Assembly: GCA_963792585.1 (NCBI GenBank)
Contig: CAWBWI010000003.1
Location: forward strand, 1,268,292-1,332,291
DNA length: 64,000 nt
Origin: Candidatus Eiseniibacteriota bacterium
Lineage (GTDB): Bacteria > Eisenbacteria > RBG-16-71-46 > CAIMUX01 > VGJL01
Direction: 5' to 3'
This document shows positions 19,901 through 28,962 of the stretch, in pieces. The notes beneath the pieces were generated by a model. That model saw nothing but the letters and a program-made list of their open reading frames with translations. It was not told the origin of the DNA and ran no database searches. The position numbers and the translations under genes were made by a program. How positions within the stretch are numbered: the first letter of the stretch is position 1; every line of letters begins with the position of its first letter.

Positions 19901-20218
19901 GACGCCGCGTCGATGTTCCTTGCCCTGGGCAACGTGACGAACGTCGCGTCCGCTCTGGAGGGACTGGCAGCGCTCTCCGCGGAGTGCGGCAACGACGCAA
20001 ACGCCGTCAAGGCCTATGGATCCGCCGCGGCCATCCGGTCCGCGGCCGGGATGCCGCCCATGCCGGACGAAGAGCGTCTCGTGGAGAAGACGCTCGACAG
20101 CGCACGTCTCCGCCTTGGAGACGCGCAGGTCTCGCGCCTCTTCGCCGAGGGTCAGTGCCTGACCGCTGACGCTGCCGTAGAGTGGGCGCTGCGCGAGATC
20201 ACGCCTACTGACGGCTAG
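16961..20218 (+). CDS. Ser/Thr protein kinase - STAND (AfsR/NB-ARC-like) ATPase - TPR protein
   Basis: GRGGMG, VALK, HRDLKPGN, DFG, GTPGYMSPE; Walker A GIGGAGKT; Walker B LLVIDNCEH; GIPLAIELAA; C-terminal TPRs. Start uncertain. Confidence 0.93.
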   Translation: MEPSLIPEGDKGPEGPAGDPASQLPSEDPSQHDATVDLRMSPPAGAPTPANPDQPAATQVGRYPILRELGRGGMGVVYLVEDPTLGRTVALKRVPESLAQDAARLERFRQEARLLASLNHPNIATIHSLEEADGVCFLTMEAIAGETLADRLKQAPLALEESLRIARQIARAVETAHKRGIVHRDLKPGNIMFTPDLDVKVLDFGLASFADGTGVFGGFGTESESTVSEVSGTPGYMSPEQIEGAASDPRMDVWAFGCILFECLTGERAIRGKTLMERMRSTSADRPDLNLLPTTSPAALREMLKRCLAHSAADRSPSMSEPRQVVEELLAELTFQPGRSDPSEDRGAIPNNLPRHGSTFIGRTAEVAGVANLLADHRLVTLTGIGGAGKTRLALRVAETLLGTTYDGIWFVELAPLSSSEDIAGTIMVTLGIPESLDRTPIQAVSGHLAARRTLLVIDNCEHVIEGAARIASALLRDAPGLRILATSRERLAVDGEVCYATPLLELPDRSGPLDVAAAARCAAVELFLQRARQVGATIELSESNAPAIVEICRRLDGIPLAIELAASRLKMLGVEDVLRRMDDRFRLLTGGARGDLPHHRTLRALIDWSYEQLDPAEQALMQRLSVFAGGWTLEAAEAVAAGGEVNGWDILDLSSRLVDKSLIVADAASSDGTTRFRMLETVRAYAAERLEGGDEGAEIRRRHRDYFVALVTRAEPEFTGKEQARWYSRVAAEHDEIRRAFESCREPDADPAIGLRLAGALFRYWFTRGHWTEADTLCREVLLRANALAPTADTAKVLNSIGAVAIHRGHLDEARRYWRETLDVWTALDDPAGMGAARLNLGNVSYSAGDYASAARDYTESLEIYRRLDQPDGICRVLISLGNVALAQGDYEQSRTYARESVERLRRMGHAELTAHALITLGTAEVRLERNEEAAQHYQESLEIQKELGDRRNIAIATINLAVVFLAEKRFSEAHARFCDAASMFLALGNVTNVASALEGLAALSAECGNDANAVKAYGSAAAIRSAAGMPPMPDEERLVEKTLDSARLRLGDAQVSRLFAEGQCLTADAAVEWALREITPTDG

Positions 20219-20349
20219 GCGCTGCGAGGTTCAACTGGCGTGTCGCACACAGCCCGCGCGGGCGCTGGGTTTCCATTGCCCGCGCCGATCCGTGATCCGT
20301 TCTCCGAAGCGCCTTCGGCCCCGATGCTCCGAACGACGCACCGTCCGAC

Positions 20350-21207
20350 TCAAAGTGCAGGAGCGCGGAACGTGTCGCCCTGGGAGATGTCCCCGGTCTC
20401 ATAGCCCCGCAGGAACCAACGCGCCCGTTGGGCCGCCGTTCCGTGGGTGAATGCATCGGGCGCCACATAGCCCTGTGATTCCATCTGGAGGCGGTCATCG
20501 CCGATCTGGCTCGCCGCGTTCAGCGCCTCCTCGATGTCTCCTTCTTCGAGGACTTGCCGGGATTGCTGCGCATGGTGCGCCCAAACTCCGGCAAGGAAAT
20601 CCGCCTGCAGTTCCATCCGGACGGAGATCTCGTTGGCCTCCGTCTCGTCGGCGCGCGCGCGCATCGCGTCCACCTGGTCCATGATGCCTAGGAGGCGTTG
20701 GACGTGATGACCGATTTCGTGCGCGATGACATAGGCTTGGGCGAAGTCACCGGGAGCACTGTGACGTGAGCGGAGGTCGGCGAAGAAGCTCAGGTCCAGG
20801 TAGACCTTCTTGTCCCCTGGGCAGTAGAAGGGACCGACGGCGGACTGGGCAAACCCGCAAGCGGAGCTCACGGCGCCCGTGTATAGAACCAAGGTCGGCT
20901 CCCGATAGGTCTCACCCATCGCTTCGAAGAGCGCCCTCCACGTGTCCTCCGTGTCGGCGAGGACGACGGAAGAGAAGTCCGCCAGTTGCTGCTCCTCCGC
21001 GCTGAATTCGGTCGGCGAAACGGATGTGTCGATCACCCCGCCCGTGGTTCCCGCCCCCTCGAGGAGTTCGAGCGGGTTGGTCCCCGTCAGCAGAGCGATC
21101 AGCGCAAGGATGATGACGCCACCGGCGCCGAGGCCGGCGACGCCGCGACCACCCATGCCCCGCCGGTCCTCTACATTCGTGCTTCGACGGCCCATTTGCC
21201 AGCGCAT
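20350..21207 (-). CDS. Neutral zinc metallopeptidase, YpfJ family
   Basis: MRWQMGRRSTNVEDRRG, SACG...GPFYCPGD, AHEIGHH, ELQAD and FTHGT motifs; AAGGAG RBS. Confidence 0.93.
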   Translation of the reverse strand: MRWQMGRRSTNVEDRRGMGGRGVAGLGAGGVIILALIALLTGTNPLELLEGAGTTGGVIDTSVSPTEFSAEEQQLADFSSVVLADTEDTWRALFEAMGETYREPTLVLYTGAVSSACGFAQSAVGPFYCPGDKKVYLDLSFFADLRSRHSAPGDFAQAYVIAHEIGHHVQRLLGIMDQVDAMRARADETEANEISVRMELQADFLAGVWAHHAQQSRQVLEEGDIEEALNAASQIGDDRLQMESQGYVAPDAFTHGTAAQRARWFLRGYETGDISQGDTFRAPAL

Positions 21208-21516
21208 GAGGTTGCTCCTTTCGCCCATTCGGATCCACCCGGCCATCCAGGATCGCGCCGTGCGCAACGGCATTGAGCATGCAGGAGACGGTGCGCGATG
21301 GGGTGGCTCGAATCCCTCGCGAGGGAGAATAGCAGAGGACCGGCCAATTCACGAGAGAGGAGTGTCCGCCGAAGCAACCAGGAGAAAGGTCCGATGGGAG
21401 GCGTGTGAGCTCTCGACATCATGGTGACGGGTACGATTCGATGGCGGTCCCGCTGCGCGTGTGCTAACCTCTTTCCGCTCGCAACGGAACGTCCAACTCC
21501 ACCGGAGGTGAACCCC

Positions 21517-22572
21517 ATGAGAAGACGCTGCGGTCCTCTATTCGGCGCGACACTTTGCTTCCTGCTCGGAACGCAGGTCCATGCCCAATTCCTGTTCGTG
21601 GGGCTGGAGGATTCCTCTCTCCCCACGAAGACCTCGACTCTGGTCGGTTTCCCGAACGTGTCCTGGGTGAACCGCTTCCCATTCGAGGTCAATGGCGCAG
21701 CCTGTGCTCCCAACGGGACGCTCTATCTCTGCAATGGTCCGTTCACGACCCGGCTCTACCGTTCCACGATCGCGGGGCCGCCGGAGTTCGTGACGAACAT
21801 CGCGGTGGATGTCCACGGTCTAGGCTTTGGGCGCGGTCGGCTCTACGGGTTCTCGAACTACGGAAGTCCCATGGGGATCTACGCCATCGATCCCGTCAAC
21901 GGCTCGGCCACGCTTGCCGTCGACACCAGTCCCCAGGGCTTTCGGTTCTTCGGTCTCGATTACAACCCGCTGGATGATTCACTCTACGGCTTCACGGAGT
22001 ACGGGACATCGGGCCTGTACAGGATTGACATCGATTCCGGGACGATGGTGCGCCTCGTCTCCACGCCGCCTGGAGTGGGTGGACAGGGGCGAGCCCTGGC
22101 TGTTGGGAACAATACGGTCTACCTCCTCGCCACGCGCGGCGACGAGGGCGAACCGTGCTTCGCGTATGACCTGGCGCAGGGCGTCGGCGGTTCCTGGGTG
22201 GCGTTCACGAACCCGTATCCGGCGAATCACAACACGGGAGGGGCCGCGTGGATTCCGAACCCCGCCGGCATCGGCGACGCGGAGTCGGGCTCCGACGGCC
22301 TGAGGCTGCAGCTTTCGGGCGCGCACCCGTGCGCGGACAGCGCGACGTTGCTCTGTAGCTTCCCGCAGGGCGGCGACGCGCGGTTGGAGATCTTCGACAC
22401 GCTCGGACGGCGCGTCGCGACGCCGTTCTTCGGATCCGTTTCCGCCGGGACGCGCGCCATCGTATGGGACCTGCGATCGGACGAGGACCGACGAGTGCCC
22501 GGAGGCGCCTACTTCGCCCGGCTCGTCCATGCGGGGGAGATGCAAACGGAACGTGTCCTCGTCGTGCCGTAG
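21517..22572 (+). CDS. Secreted beta-propeller protein with FlgD-Ig/T9SS-like CTD
   Basis: GGAGGT RBS; signal peptide ending VHA; repeated LYG/LYxID blades; C-terminal FDTLGRRV...WDLRSDEDRRVPGGAYF. Confidence 0.85.
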   Translation: MRRRCGPLFGATLCFLLGTQVHAQFLFVGLEDSSLPTKTSTLVGFPNVSWVNRFPFEVNGAACAPNGTLYLCNGPFTTRLYRSTIAGPPEFVTNIAVDVHGLGFGRGRLYGFSNYGSPMGIYAIDPVNGSATLAVDTSPQGFRFFGLDYNPLDDSLYGFTEYGTSGLYRIDIDSGTMVRLVSTPPGVGGQGRALAVGNNTVYLLATRGDEGEPCFAYDLAQGVGGSWVAFTNPYPANHNTGGAAWIPNPAGIGDAESGSDGLRLQLSGAHPCADSATLLCSFPQGGDARLEIFDTLGRRVATPFFGSVSAGTRAIVWDLRSDEDRRVPGGAYFARLVHAGEMQTERVLVVP

Positions 22573-22825
22573 TGACGAACAACCTGGATCCTCTCGGCCG
22601 GGCCGGGTCTGGGTGTGCCAATTCCGATAATGGCTATCAATTCAGACGATACGGACGGCCATTCCATCGTCCGCGCCGGACGCGGCAATTGTTAAGGGTT
22701 TCACAGGACTCGCGCGGAGGGTGGACTCGGGTGCAGAAGGACGGGAGACGGGTGGAGAAGGACGTGAGGGAGGATCCGGTCAGCGGCCTGATTGGTCTCG
22801 AATCAAGATCTGAGGTTCGCCGGGA

Positions 22826-22855
22826 TTGCATGAAGTCTCCGGATGGGCTTACAAT
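22826..22855 (+). promoter_or_regulatory. Putative sigma70 promoter
   Basis: TTGCAT-18 bp-TACAAT, about 215 nt upstream of the ATG at 23073. Confidence 0.5.
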
Positions 22856-23072
22856 ACTCCCCACGGAATGGGGCCGCAGGCGCGGCATCAGATCGTAGGA
22901 AGAACAGCGTCGATACGGCCGCCTGATTCGAAGACCCGTCCTCATTCCCGGCCGGCTGCTCGGAGCCGGTGTGCTTCGCTGCATTCACGCCCTCGGCCTG
23001 AAGGGTACCCAAGACCGGGGGGTGTAATTCGCTTCACTTCGTCCTTCAACACGAAGGACAGGAGGAGTCCAC

Positions 23073-23738
23073 ATGAGACTTTTGTTAGCTGCATTGATGG
23101 TAGCTGCGTGCTTCGGGGTCATGGCGACCGTCGCCACCGCGGAGCACATCACGATCGCTCCGGAGGGCACCGACATCGTTCCTCCGGGTGGTGGCGGTCG
23201 CGTGCCCTGTGACGTCACCCTCCGTTATGACGACGGAATCGACGACACTCCGGGCAGCGGACCGACGCTGGGCTGGTATACGGGTACGAATTACCAGTTC
23301 CTCGGTGTTCGGTTCACGCCGGCAGCGGACCAGTCCTACATGGTCCAGAGCGCGAGCTGGTATTCCGATTTCTGGGTCCTTCCCGGCAACGTCGACGTTG
23401 AGGCACAGGAATGGGGCAACCCAACCAACATGACCTCGGCGACGATCAACGTTACCGGCGGCGGCACCTGGGAGGTCGAGTTCGCCACCCCGATCTGCAT
23501 TCCGCGGGGTGGGGAGTACGTCATCATGATCTGCCCGCAGCGGAACGTCTTCGGTGTGGTCGGAGAGGACCTGTCCTCGCCCGACGGACGTTCTTACTGG
23601 GTGGCGGATCCGGGCGGATGCGCCCCCGTGAATGCGTCCGGCGGGAATGACTACATGATCTGGTCCTGCGTGACCCCTTGCGGCGCGACGCCGACCGAGG
23701 GCAGAAGCTGGGGACAGGTCAAGAGTCTCTATCGCTAG
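23073..23738 (+). CDS. Secreted protein with SWGQVKSLYR tail
   Basis: AGGAGG RBS; signal peptide ending ATA; LRYDDG...GVRFTP beta-rich domain; ends TPTEGRSWGQVKSLYR. Confidence 0.87.
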   Translation: MRLLLAALMVAACFGVMATVATAEHITIAPEGTDIVPPGGGGRVPCDVTLRYDDGIDDTPGSGPTLGWYTGTNYQFLGVRFTPAADQSYMVQSASWYSDFWVLPGNVDVEAQEWGNPTNMTSATINVTGGGTWEVEFATPICIPRGGEYVIMICPQRNVFGVVGEDLSSPDGRSYWVADPGGCAPVNASGGNDYMIWSCVTPCGATPTEGRSWGQVKSLYR

Positions 23739-23780
23739 TTCGAGGACTGCTTCCGGGGTGAACGTCCCGGATGGTTGATC

Positions 23781-23822
23781 GACAGAGAACAGCCCGGCCT
23801 CACGGCTGGGCTGTTTTCTGTC
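23781..23822 (+). terminator. Intrinsic terminator
   Basis: GACAGAGAACAGCCCGGCC-TCAC-GGCTGGGCTGTTTTCTGTC: 19-bp stem with two G-U pairs and a T-run, just after the stop at 23738. Confidence 0.8.
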
Positions 23823-23872
23823 GCCGGGCGAGGCGCTTGCGCGCGTCGCCGACTCTGTTAGGATCCCCCTGC

Positions 23873-24868
23873 ATGAGCCGCCTGCGCGATCCGGGGTCCC
23901 GCGAGCCGTCTCGACTCATCGGCCTATGGGCGATTCCCGCGCTGCTCCTGACGCTGGCAACCGGGGCCTGTGAGCGCCATCGCTCGGAAGAGGCTGAGCC
24001 CTCCGAACCATCGTCCGCCGCCTCCGAGTCCCTGTCCGCGGCCGTGACAACCGTCACGACCGATGGGTCGCGGTGGCGCCCCGCATACCGGCGAACCTAC
24101 GTGGTGGGCCCCGCGTGGCTCGCGGGTTTACGCGATTCGCTGGGAATGGATGGATTCCGGCAAGTCCTCAAGGTCAATCGCGTCGATCTCGCACACGTCC
24201 GCAAGGGAGACTCGCTGGTGATTCCCCTACGGGCTTTCGTTGAGACCGAGAGTGATGGAATCAACTCGTCGTCGGCCCGCTCACGAGGATCCACGGACCT
24301 CCCGAGGACTCCACAGCCCGAAGACAGCCTCTTCTTCTCGCCATTCCCGAGAATCCTCGAGGAGCAAGCGGCGCTGCCGAAACTCCTGCTCATCTCGATC
24401 CGCGTGCAGGCCTTCGCCGCCTACAACTACGGGAAACTCGCGCAGTGGGGGCCGACGAGCACGGGGAGGAGGGAGTCGCCGACCCCCGAGGGTCTCTACC
24501 ACACGAACTGGAAGGACAAGGAGCGGACCAGCACGGTGAACGACGAGTGGCTCCTCACCTGGTATGTGAACCTCGACAATCTGCTCGGCGTCTCCCTCCA
24601 CCAGTACGCGCTCCCCGGGCGGCCCGCGAGTCATTCCTGTGTGCGCCTGCTCGAGGGGGATGCCCGCTGGCTGTATGCCTGGTCGGAGCAGTGGAAGCTC
24701 TCACCGGATGGCGCGACGATTCAGGAGCCGGGAACTCCGGTCGTGGTGTTCGGCTCCTATGCCTACGGCAAGCGACCCCCATGGAAGGGCCTTGCGAAGG
24801 ACCCGGCGGCGGCCGCCGTTCCCCTCTCTGAAGTCGAAATGGCGCTGCGAAGCTACCTGAGACCCTGA
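23873..24868 (+). CDS. L,D-transpeptidase (YkuD family), probable lipoprotein
   Basis: STG...TPEG and SLHQY..PGRPASHSCVRL motifs; lipobox-like LATGAC. Confidence 0.9.
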   Translation: MSRLRDPGSREPSRLIGLWAIPALLLTLATGACERHRSEEAEPSEPSSAASESLSAAVTTVTTDGSRWRPAYRRTYVVGPAWLAGLRDSLGMDGFRQVLKVNRVDLAHVRKGDSLVIPLRAFVETESDGINSSSARSRGSTDLPRTPQPEDSLFFSPFPRILEEQAALPKLLLISIRVQAFAAYNYGKLAQWGPTSTGRRESPTPEGLYHTNWKDKERTSTVNDEWLLTWYVNLDNLLGVSLHQYALPGRPASHSCVRLLEGDARWLYAWSEQWKLSPDGATIQEPGTPVVVFGSYAYGKRPPWKGLAKDPAAAAVPLSEVEMALRSYLRP

Positions 24869-24930
24869 GTCGCGCTTCCCGGTCCGTGGCCGCAGACAGG
24901 GGCGTCGGATATCCGACACCCCCATCCTCG

Positions 24931-26838
24931 CTAACGCGCCGAGATTCCGGGGCCGAGCAGGACGACTCGCCGGGAGCCGAGGTCCCGCCCGTCGATCCGC
25001 ATCCGCAGGAAGTAGACGCCCGGGGCCAACGGCGCGCCCGTTTCGTTCCTGCCGTCGAAGGCGAGCTCGTTGTCTCCCCGACCGCAGCGGATGACGATGC
25101 TGCGGACACGGCGTCCTGCCGGGTCGTGGACCATGAACGTACCCGCGCACTCCTTGTCCGAAACGTAGCGTATGCGGAAACCGGAACTCGCCGGATTCGG
25201 ATACGCGCCTGCGAGTCGGGCGCTCAGGACGGTTGCGGAACCGCCTTGCGGATCCTCCGGGCCGTTTGCGGGCAGCACCTGGAACTCCGCGGTGGATGCC
25301 ACGCACAGATCCTCGTGGATAGCGTTCCGGTAGGAGACATACCAGCCAAGATCACCCGTGACGGAGACATCCGGCGTCACCTGGCCCGTGGAGGTCGTGC
25401 CTACCGAGTCGGCAACCGTGCGGATGACGTAGGCCGACTCCGGGACGATCTCGGCAACCCGCAGGGACTGAACCCCTGCGGCATCCCTCGCGACATAGGC
25501 GCATTCGAGTCTTCCCGTCGGGCCCAGGAACATGGACGCCTGCTGACCCGCGTTCGGGTTCGGATCGACCAGGGTTGCGAGCCAAGGTCGTGCCCGGAGT
25601 CGCGAATGGGCAAGCATGGTGGCGCCGTTGCGTCCGTCGTACTCACTGAACAGGAATCCGTCTGCCGGGTCGTAGGTCAGGTCGCAGAACGCTCCGCGTG
25701 AAGGGCCCGTATCGACGGTGACCGGCGAACTCCAGGAACCGTCTTCGTATCGAGCGTGCATCAGGGAACCCATGGTCTCGTCACGGAACGCGGCGCCCAG
25801 GACTCCGTCCGCGATCGGTATCACGGACAGACCGCGACCGAGGTCGTCCTCGTGGGATGTTGCCGGCCGCACGGTCCACGACGGGGCATGGAGCACGGGG
25901 TCGAGGCAGAGCTCGGCGCCGGTCCCCGGGTCGTACTCGCTGAACGCGAATCCGATTTCCGCTTTCTCCGCGATGTCGAAGGAGTCGCCCCGATTCGGAC
26001 CCGGGTCGACCGTGACCGGACTCGACCACGCGGCCCCTTCTCTTCGGACATACTGCAAGGAGCCACGGGTCACGTTCTTGAACGCCGCAACGAGGCTGCC
26101 GTCCAGGGCAGGCAGGAGTTTGAGTTGCGTCCCGACGTTGTCGGCCTGGGAGGTGGCCGGGACGATCACCCAGGGCGGGTCGTCGAGCACCGGGTCCGCG
26201 AGAAGCACGGCACCCTCGGTCGGCGCGTACTCACTGAAGGCGTATCCGACGCCCGATCGATAGGTGAGATCGAAATACTGCCCCCGACTCGGTCCCGGAT
26301 CGACCACGACGGGAGCGCCCCAAACGCCCGCTTCCCGGCAGACGAGTTGGAGGGCGCCCTGCGTCTCGTTTCGGTACGCTACGCCGAATTCGCCCGTGGG
26401 AAGTTGAAGGACGCTCGCCGACCGACCGACATCGCCGCTCTGGACCACGGGTTGCAGGCTCCAGCTGTGGACCGCCTCCGGACCCGCATACCAGGAGGCG
26501 CCCAGGTCGTTGCGATGATAGGCGGCGCGCTTCCCGCCCGCCGGATCGATGGCAAGGGCCCCGGATCCATCCACGAATCCCGAGGCGTCGATCACGCTCG
26601 GGGAGGCCCAACTACCGGACATGCGTGAGATGAACTTCAACGTGTGATTGTCATTCCTGAGATAGACGACGTGAAGGTCCCCCGAGGAGTCCATCTGGAC
26701 ATCGGGGTACCGGCCGACGTCGCCGGTCGCATCGATCGTTGTGATCGTCCAGGTCTGTGCCGGGACGGGCGTCGCGAGGATGCCGCCCGCGAGCGCGACG
26801 AGACCGATGGACAAACCCAGGAAGCTTCTTGTGCCCAT
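24931..26838 (-). CDS. Secreted repeat (beta-propeller-like) protein with FlgD-Ig/T9SS-like CTD; paralog of 53055-54950
   Basis: Signal peptide, then QTWTITTID..GDVGR; three ~90-aa repeats containing VDxGPxRG...FSEY...; C-terminal AYPNP...FDGRNETG..LAPGVYF. Confidence 0.87.
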   Translation of the reverse strand: MGTRSFLGLSIGLVALAGGILATPVPAQTWTITTIDATGDVGRYPDVQMDSSGDLHVVYLRNDNHTLKFISRMSGSWASPSVIDASGFVDGSGALAIDPAGGKRAAYHRNDLGASWYAGPEAVHSWSLQPVVQSGDVGRSASVLQLPTGEFGVAYRNETQGALQLVCREAGVWGAPVVVDPGPSRGQYFDLTYRSGVGYAFSEYAPTEGAVLLADPVLDDPPWVIVPATSQADNVGTQLKLLPALDGSLVAAFKNVTRGSLQYVRREGAAWSSPVTVDPGPNRGDSFDIAEKAEIGFAFSEYDPGTGAELCLDPVLHAPSWTVRPATSHEDDLGRGLSVIPIADGVLGAAFRDETMGSLMHARYEDGSWSSPVTVDTGPSRGAFCDLTYDPADGFLFSEYDGRNGATMLAHSRLRARPWLATLVDPNPNAGQQASMFLGPTGRLECAYVARDAAGVQSLRVAEIVPESAYVIRTVADSVGTTSTGQVTPDVSVTGDLGWYVSYRNAIHEDLCVASTAEFQVLPANGPEDPQGGSATVLSARLAGAYPNPASSGFRIRYVSDKECAGTFMVHDPAGRRVRSIVIRCGRGDNELAFDGRNETGAPLAPGVYFLRMRIDGRDLGSRRVVLLGPGISAR

Positions 26839-26867
26839 CTTTTCACCCCCATCCTTGCCGGATCCCA

Positions 26868-27680
26868 CTACGGAGTGAGGGTCGCGTGCTTCAGGTCGCC
26901 ATTGGTGGTGTCGTAATAGACGATGTGCACGTGATCGGAAGTGTCGACGAGGATCGAACAGTAGTCGCCCACGTTTCCCGTGACATCGACCGTGGAGACC
27001 TGCCAGGTCGTAGCATCCCAGGTCTTGGTCGCGTACATGAGGTTGTCGCCGTCGTTCTCGTAGAAGCTGACGTGCATGTTGTGCGAAGAATCGACCGCGA
27101 CGGAGGCGCCCCTGGTCGCGTTGTGGACCGGATCGACGTTCGTGCTGCTCCAAGCCCCGCTCACCGGGTCCCGTTTGAATACGTAGGGCTTGTCGTTCTC
27201 TCGATTTGCGGCGATGACCGGCACGAGGTCGGCGCCGATCGGCACCAGGGTGAAATCGACATAGGTCGATGTCGGGGCGCCCGTGACGGTCTCGGGCCCG
27301 AGGACCCATGTCTGCGTGGAGGGATTGTAGATGCCGTACTTCACATTGGGAGCGGAGTATCGGCCGTATGCGAGGTGGATTCGGTCCTGGGAGTCCACCA
27401 AGGCCTCGAACGCATACGGGGAGTTGACATAGGTGTCGAGGTACTTGAACTGCCAGCCGCCGAGGTCACCCTCGCCGGGCACCCACCAGGCCAGGTAGAG
27501 ATCGCCGCCTCGCTTGTAGAAGATGTAGGGCGTTCCGTCGGCCGTCGTCACGATCTGCGAGTCGTAACCGGCGTCGCCGGCGTCATCGACGATCTGGAGA
27601 TTCCAGGTCTGAGCCTGGGAGGTACCCACCAAGAGGACCAAACCGAGGACGGCCATGGCCAGGGGAATTGCGAATTTCAT
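26868..27680 (-). CDS. Secreted BNR-like beta-propeller protein without CTD; paralog of 54984-55703
   Basis: GGAGGT RBS; signal peptide ending SQA; blades VD..GNVGDY.SI.VD...HIVYYD.TNGDLKHA. Confidence 0.87.
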   Translation of the reverse strand: MKFAIPLAMAVLGLVLLVGTSQAQTWNLQIVDDAGDAGYDSQIVTTADGTPYIFYKRGGDLYLAWWVPGEGDLGGWQFKYLDTYVNSPYAFEALVDSQDRIHLAYGRYSAPNVKYGIYNPSTQTWVLGPETVTGAPTSTYVDFTLVPIGADLVPVIAANRENDKPYVFKRDPVSGAWSSTNVDPVHNATRGASVAVDSSHNMHVSFYENDGDNLMYATKTWDATTWQVSTVDVTGNVGDYCSILVDTSDHVHIVYYDTTNGDLKHATLTP

Positions 27681-28040
27681 CGGACCAACCTCCTGTTCGA
27701 GCGGACGTTGCGTCGCGCCGCAAGCGCGGCAGTTGAACGCGTCGAGCGGGGCGGGCCGCCGCGTGAACGACCCATTGGATCCCTGGAAGTTCCGCCCCCT
27801 GTGGGGAAGTGGAAAGCGTCGATGACGTCATCGGTCATTGACCGATCGGCGCCGCCCTTGGCTTCTTCGGGACCAACATCCGATCGTGGGACGCGGGAGG
27901 TGGTCGGAAATCACATGGAAGATTGGGGCTCGATCGAATGGATCGGAGCAGGGCACGCCGGCGAGCCGGCAGTCTGCGGCGTCGCGCGGGGTCGGGCGGG
28001 GCGCTGATCAAGTCCGGGGTGGTCCCGGTGGAAACGGAGG

Positions 28041-28859
28041 TCAGTCTCCCACGTAGAGTTTTGCGGCCTTCTCCGCGGAGGTGACGATGCCCTGGATCAT
28101 CGCGGAGCTGAACCCCTCGTGCTCCATCCGATTGAGACCCGATATCGTGCAGCCACGCGGAGTCGTCACCTTGTCGATCTTCTCCTCGGGATGGCTTGTA
28201 TCGACGAGGAGGAGCGAGGCGGCCCCCTTCGCGGTCTGTGCGGCCATCATGAGGGCTTCCGCCGCATGGAAGCCGATCTCGATTCCGCCCTGGGATGCCG
28301 CCCTCACGGCGCGCAGGAAGAAGGCGATCCCGCAGGCGCATAGCGCCGTGGCCGGGACCATCTGCTCCTCGTCGATCACGAGCGTTCGGCCGAGTTCGTC
28401 GAAGAGCGAGCAGGTGAGTTCGAGCGCCTTTTCCTCGCCGGGGCCGGCGGCGACGCAGGTCATCGACTCGCCAATCGCAATGGCCGTATTCGGCATGGCG
28501 CGGACGATGGAGAGAGATTTGCCGATTCGCTCCCGGAGCTTCTCGCACGTCATTCCCGAGACCACCGATATCAGGAGGTGGCGATGGGGGTCGAGTCCGT
28601 CCCGGATCTCCATGAGCAGCGCGTCGGCGTGCTGCGGATCGACGGCGAGGATCACGATGCGGGCGGCGGCGACCGCGGCCCGGTTGTCCGCGGTGGTGCG
28701 GAATCCCCTTCGCTCGAGGTCGGAAAGGAGGTGAACCTTTCTGCGGGTGAGAGTGATCGACTCCGCAGGATGGCGGCCGGATCGGCCGAGCCCCTCCGCG
28801 ATCGCCGTCCCGATATTGCCGCACCCCAGGATCGCGATCGTCTGTCCGGACCCGCTCAT
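28041..28859 (-). CDS. proC: Pyrroline-5-carboxylate reductase
   Basis: ILGCGNIG, RAMPNTA, TALCACG, AQTAKGAA and VTTPRGCTISGL motifs. Confidence 0.95.
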   Translation of the reverse strand: MSGSGQTIAILGCGNIGTAIAEGLGRSGRHPAESITLTRRKVHLLSDLERRGFRTTADNRAAVAAARIVILAVDPQHADALLMEIRDGLDPHRHLLISVVSGMTCEKLRERIGKSLSIVRAMPNTAIAIGESMTCVAAGPGEEKALELTCSLFDELGRTLVIDEEQMVPATALCACGIAFFLRAVRAASQGGIEIGFHAAEALMMAAQTAKGAASLLLVDTSHPEEKIDKVTTPRGCTISGLNRMEHEGFSSAMIQGIVTSAEKAAKLYVGD

Positions 28860-28962
28860 CTGAGATTCCCTCCCATTGCTACGCATGCGCGACTTTCATG
28901 GCTGAGAGGATGGCACCGAACCCTCGGCCGCGCCAGGAGGAAGACTCTACGAAGAGCGGGCC

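Noticed and set aside
26839..27309. Apparent 792-aa fusion ORF joining the two cassette genes
   Set aside because: The extension is an off-frame read-through of the upstream gene. A signal peptide begins at 26838, and the paralogous cassette is also two genes.
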